From assembly GCF_000143415.4 (NCBI RefSeq), contig NW_003314276.1, positions 2,080,091 through 2,144,090 on the forward strand: a stretch of DNA of 64,000 nucleotides. Reading direction: 5' to 3'. How positions within the stretch are numbered: position 1 is the first letter of the stretch; every line of letters starts with the position of its first letter. The notes beneath the pieces are model-generated. The model was given only the letters and a program-made list of their open reading frames with translations, did no database searches and was not told the DNA's origin. Positions 63,628 to 64,000 of this stretch are shown here, in pieces. The DNA comes from Selaginella moellendorffii (taxonomy: Eukaryota; Plantae; Lycopodiophyta). The position numbers and the translations under genes were made by a program.

Positions 63628-64000
63628 TTAGCAAAGAAACAAAAATGCTAATCTTTCCTCTTCACCATTCTACTACTCATCCTTGGAGATTCTGGCATGT
63701 TTTGTTGCATTTCAAGAGCCTTTTGAGAGATGAGCTTTGGAAAGACCACCATCTCCAACAAGTTTCTATAGGCAAGCAGCTGCATCTGCAGGCAACCATG
63801 AAGAATGTTACTAATGCTTATAATAATAATAGTAATATTATTCACAAGAGGAGGACGAAAAGAGAGTGTTATTCAAGAGGATGAGTAAGCAATTGGTAAA
63901 CCAACATAATATAAATCAATAGGTATGATCTTCAGTAGCAATCAAATTGTATAAACACTAATATTATTTGGTATTTTGGTTTGCTAGTAAACATATTTAG

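Overview
Eukaryotic, repeat-rich plant DNA. It has ~50-nt GT-AG introns, PLS-PPR, RWP-RK and ZAT fragments and TTTAGGG repeats; a lycophyte such as Selaginella is my inference only. There are seven N-gaps. The main feature is a 13.7-kb cut-and-paste DNA transposon at 1793-15504. It has 24-bp TIRs and a 4-bp AATC target-site duplication, and the empty site is visible in a paralogous copy at 59024-59027. It carries two divergent genes. One is a Sola-like DDD transposase (3422-6490, minus). The other is a multi-exon cargo gene (9457-15062, plus) whose product reads as a ParB/Srx-like domain, a degenerate beta-class DNA-methyltransferase-like region, an acidic linker and an FCP1/SCP-like HAD phosphatase. 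The element holds about 30 copies of a 20-22-bp palindrome (ATGGCRTGWGGCCWCAYGCCAT), concentrated in introns, UTRs and variable protein loops; I saw none outside the TIRs. This suggests a ParB/parS-like self-recognition or anti-silencing system in a plant transposon (hypothesis). The rest of the window is a mosaic of direct and inverted duplications. It includes a full-length decayed chromovirus with a self-priming PBS (34947-40537), non-coding tRNA-Met-primed LTR elements, RT-less gypsy derivatives, RKD/ZAT/PPR/His-rich gene copies and two tRNA-Ala(AGC)-like genes. All domain calls come from motif recognition by eye, not from database searches.
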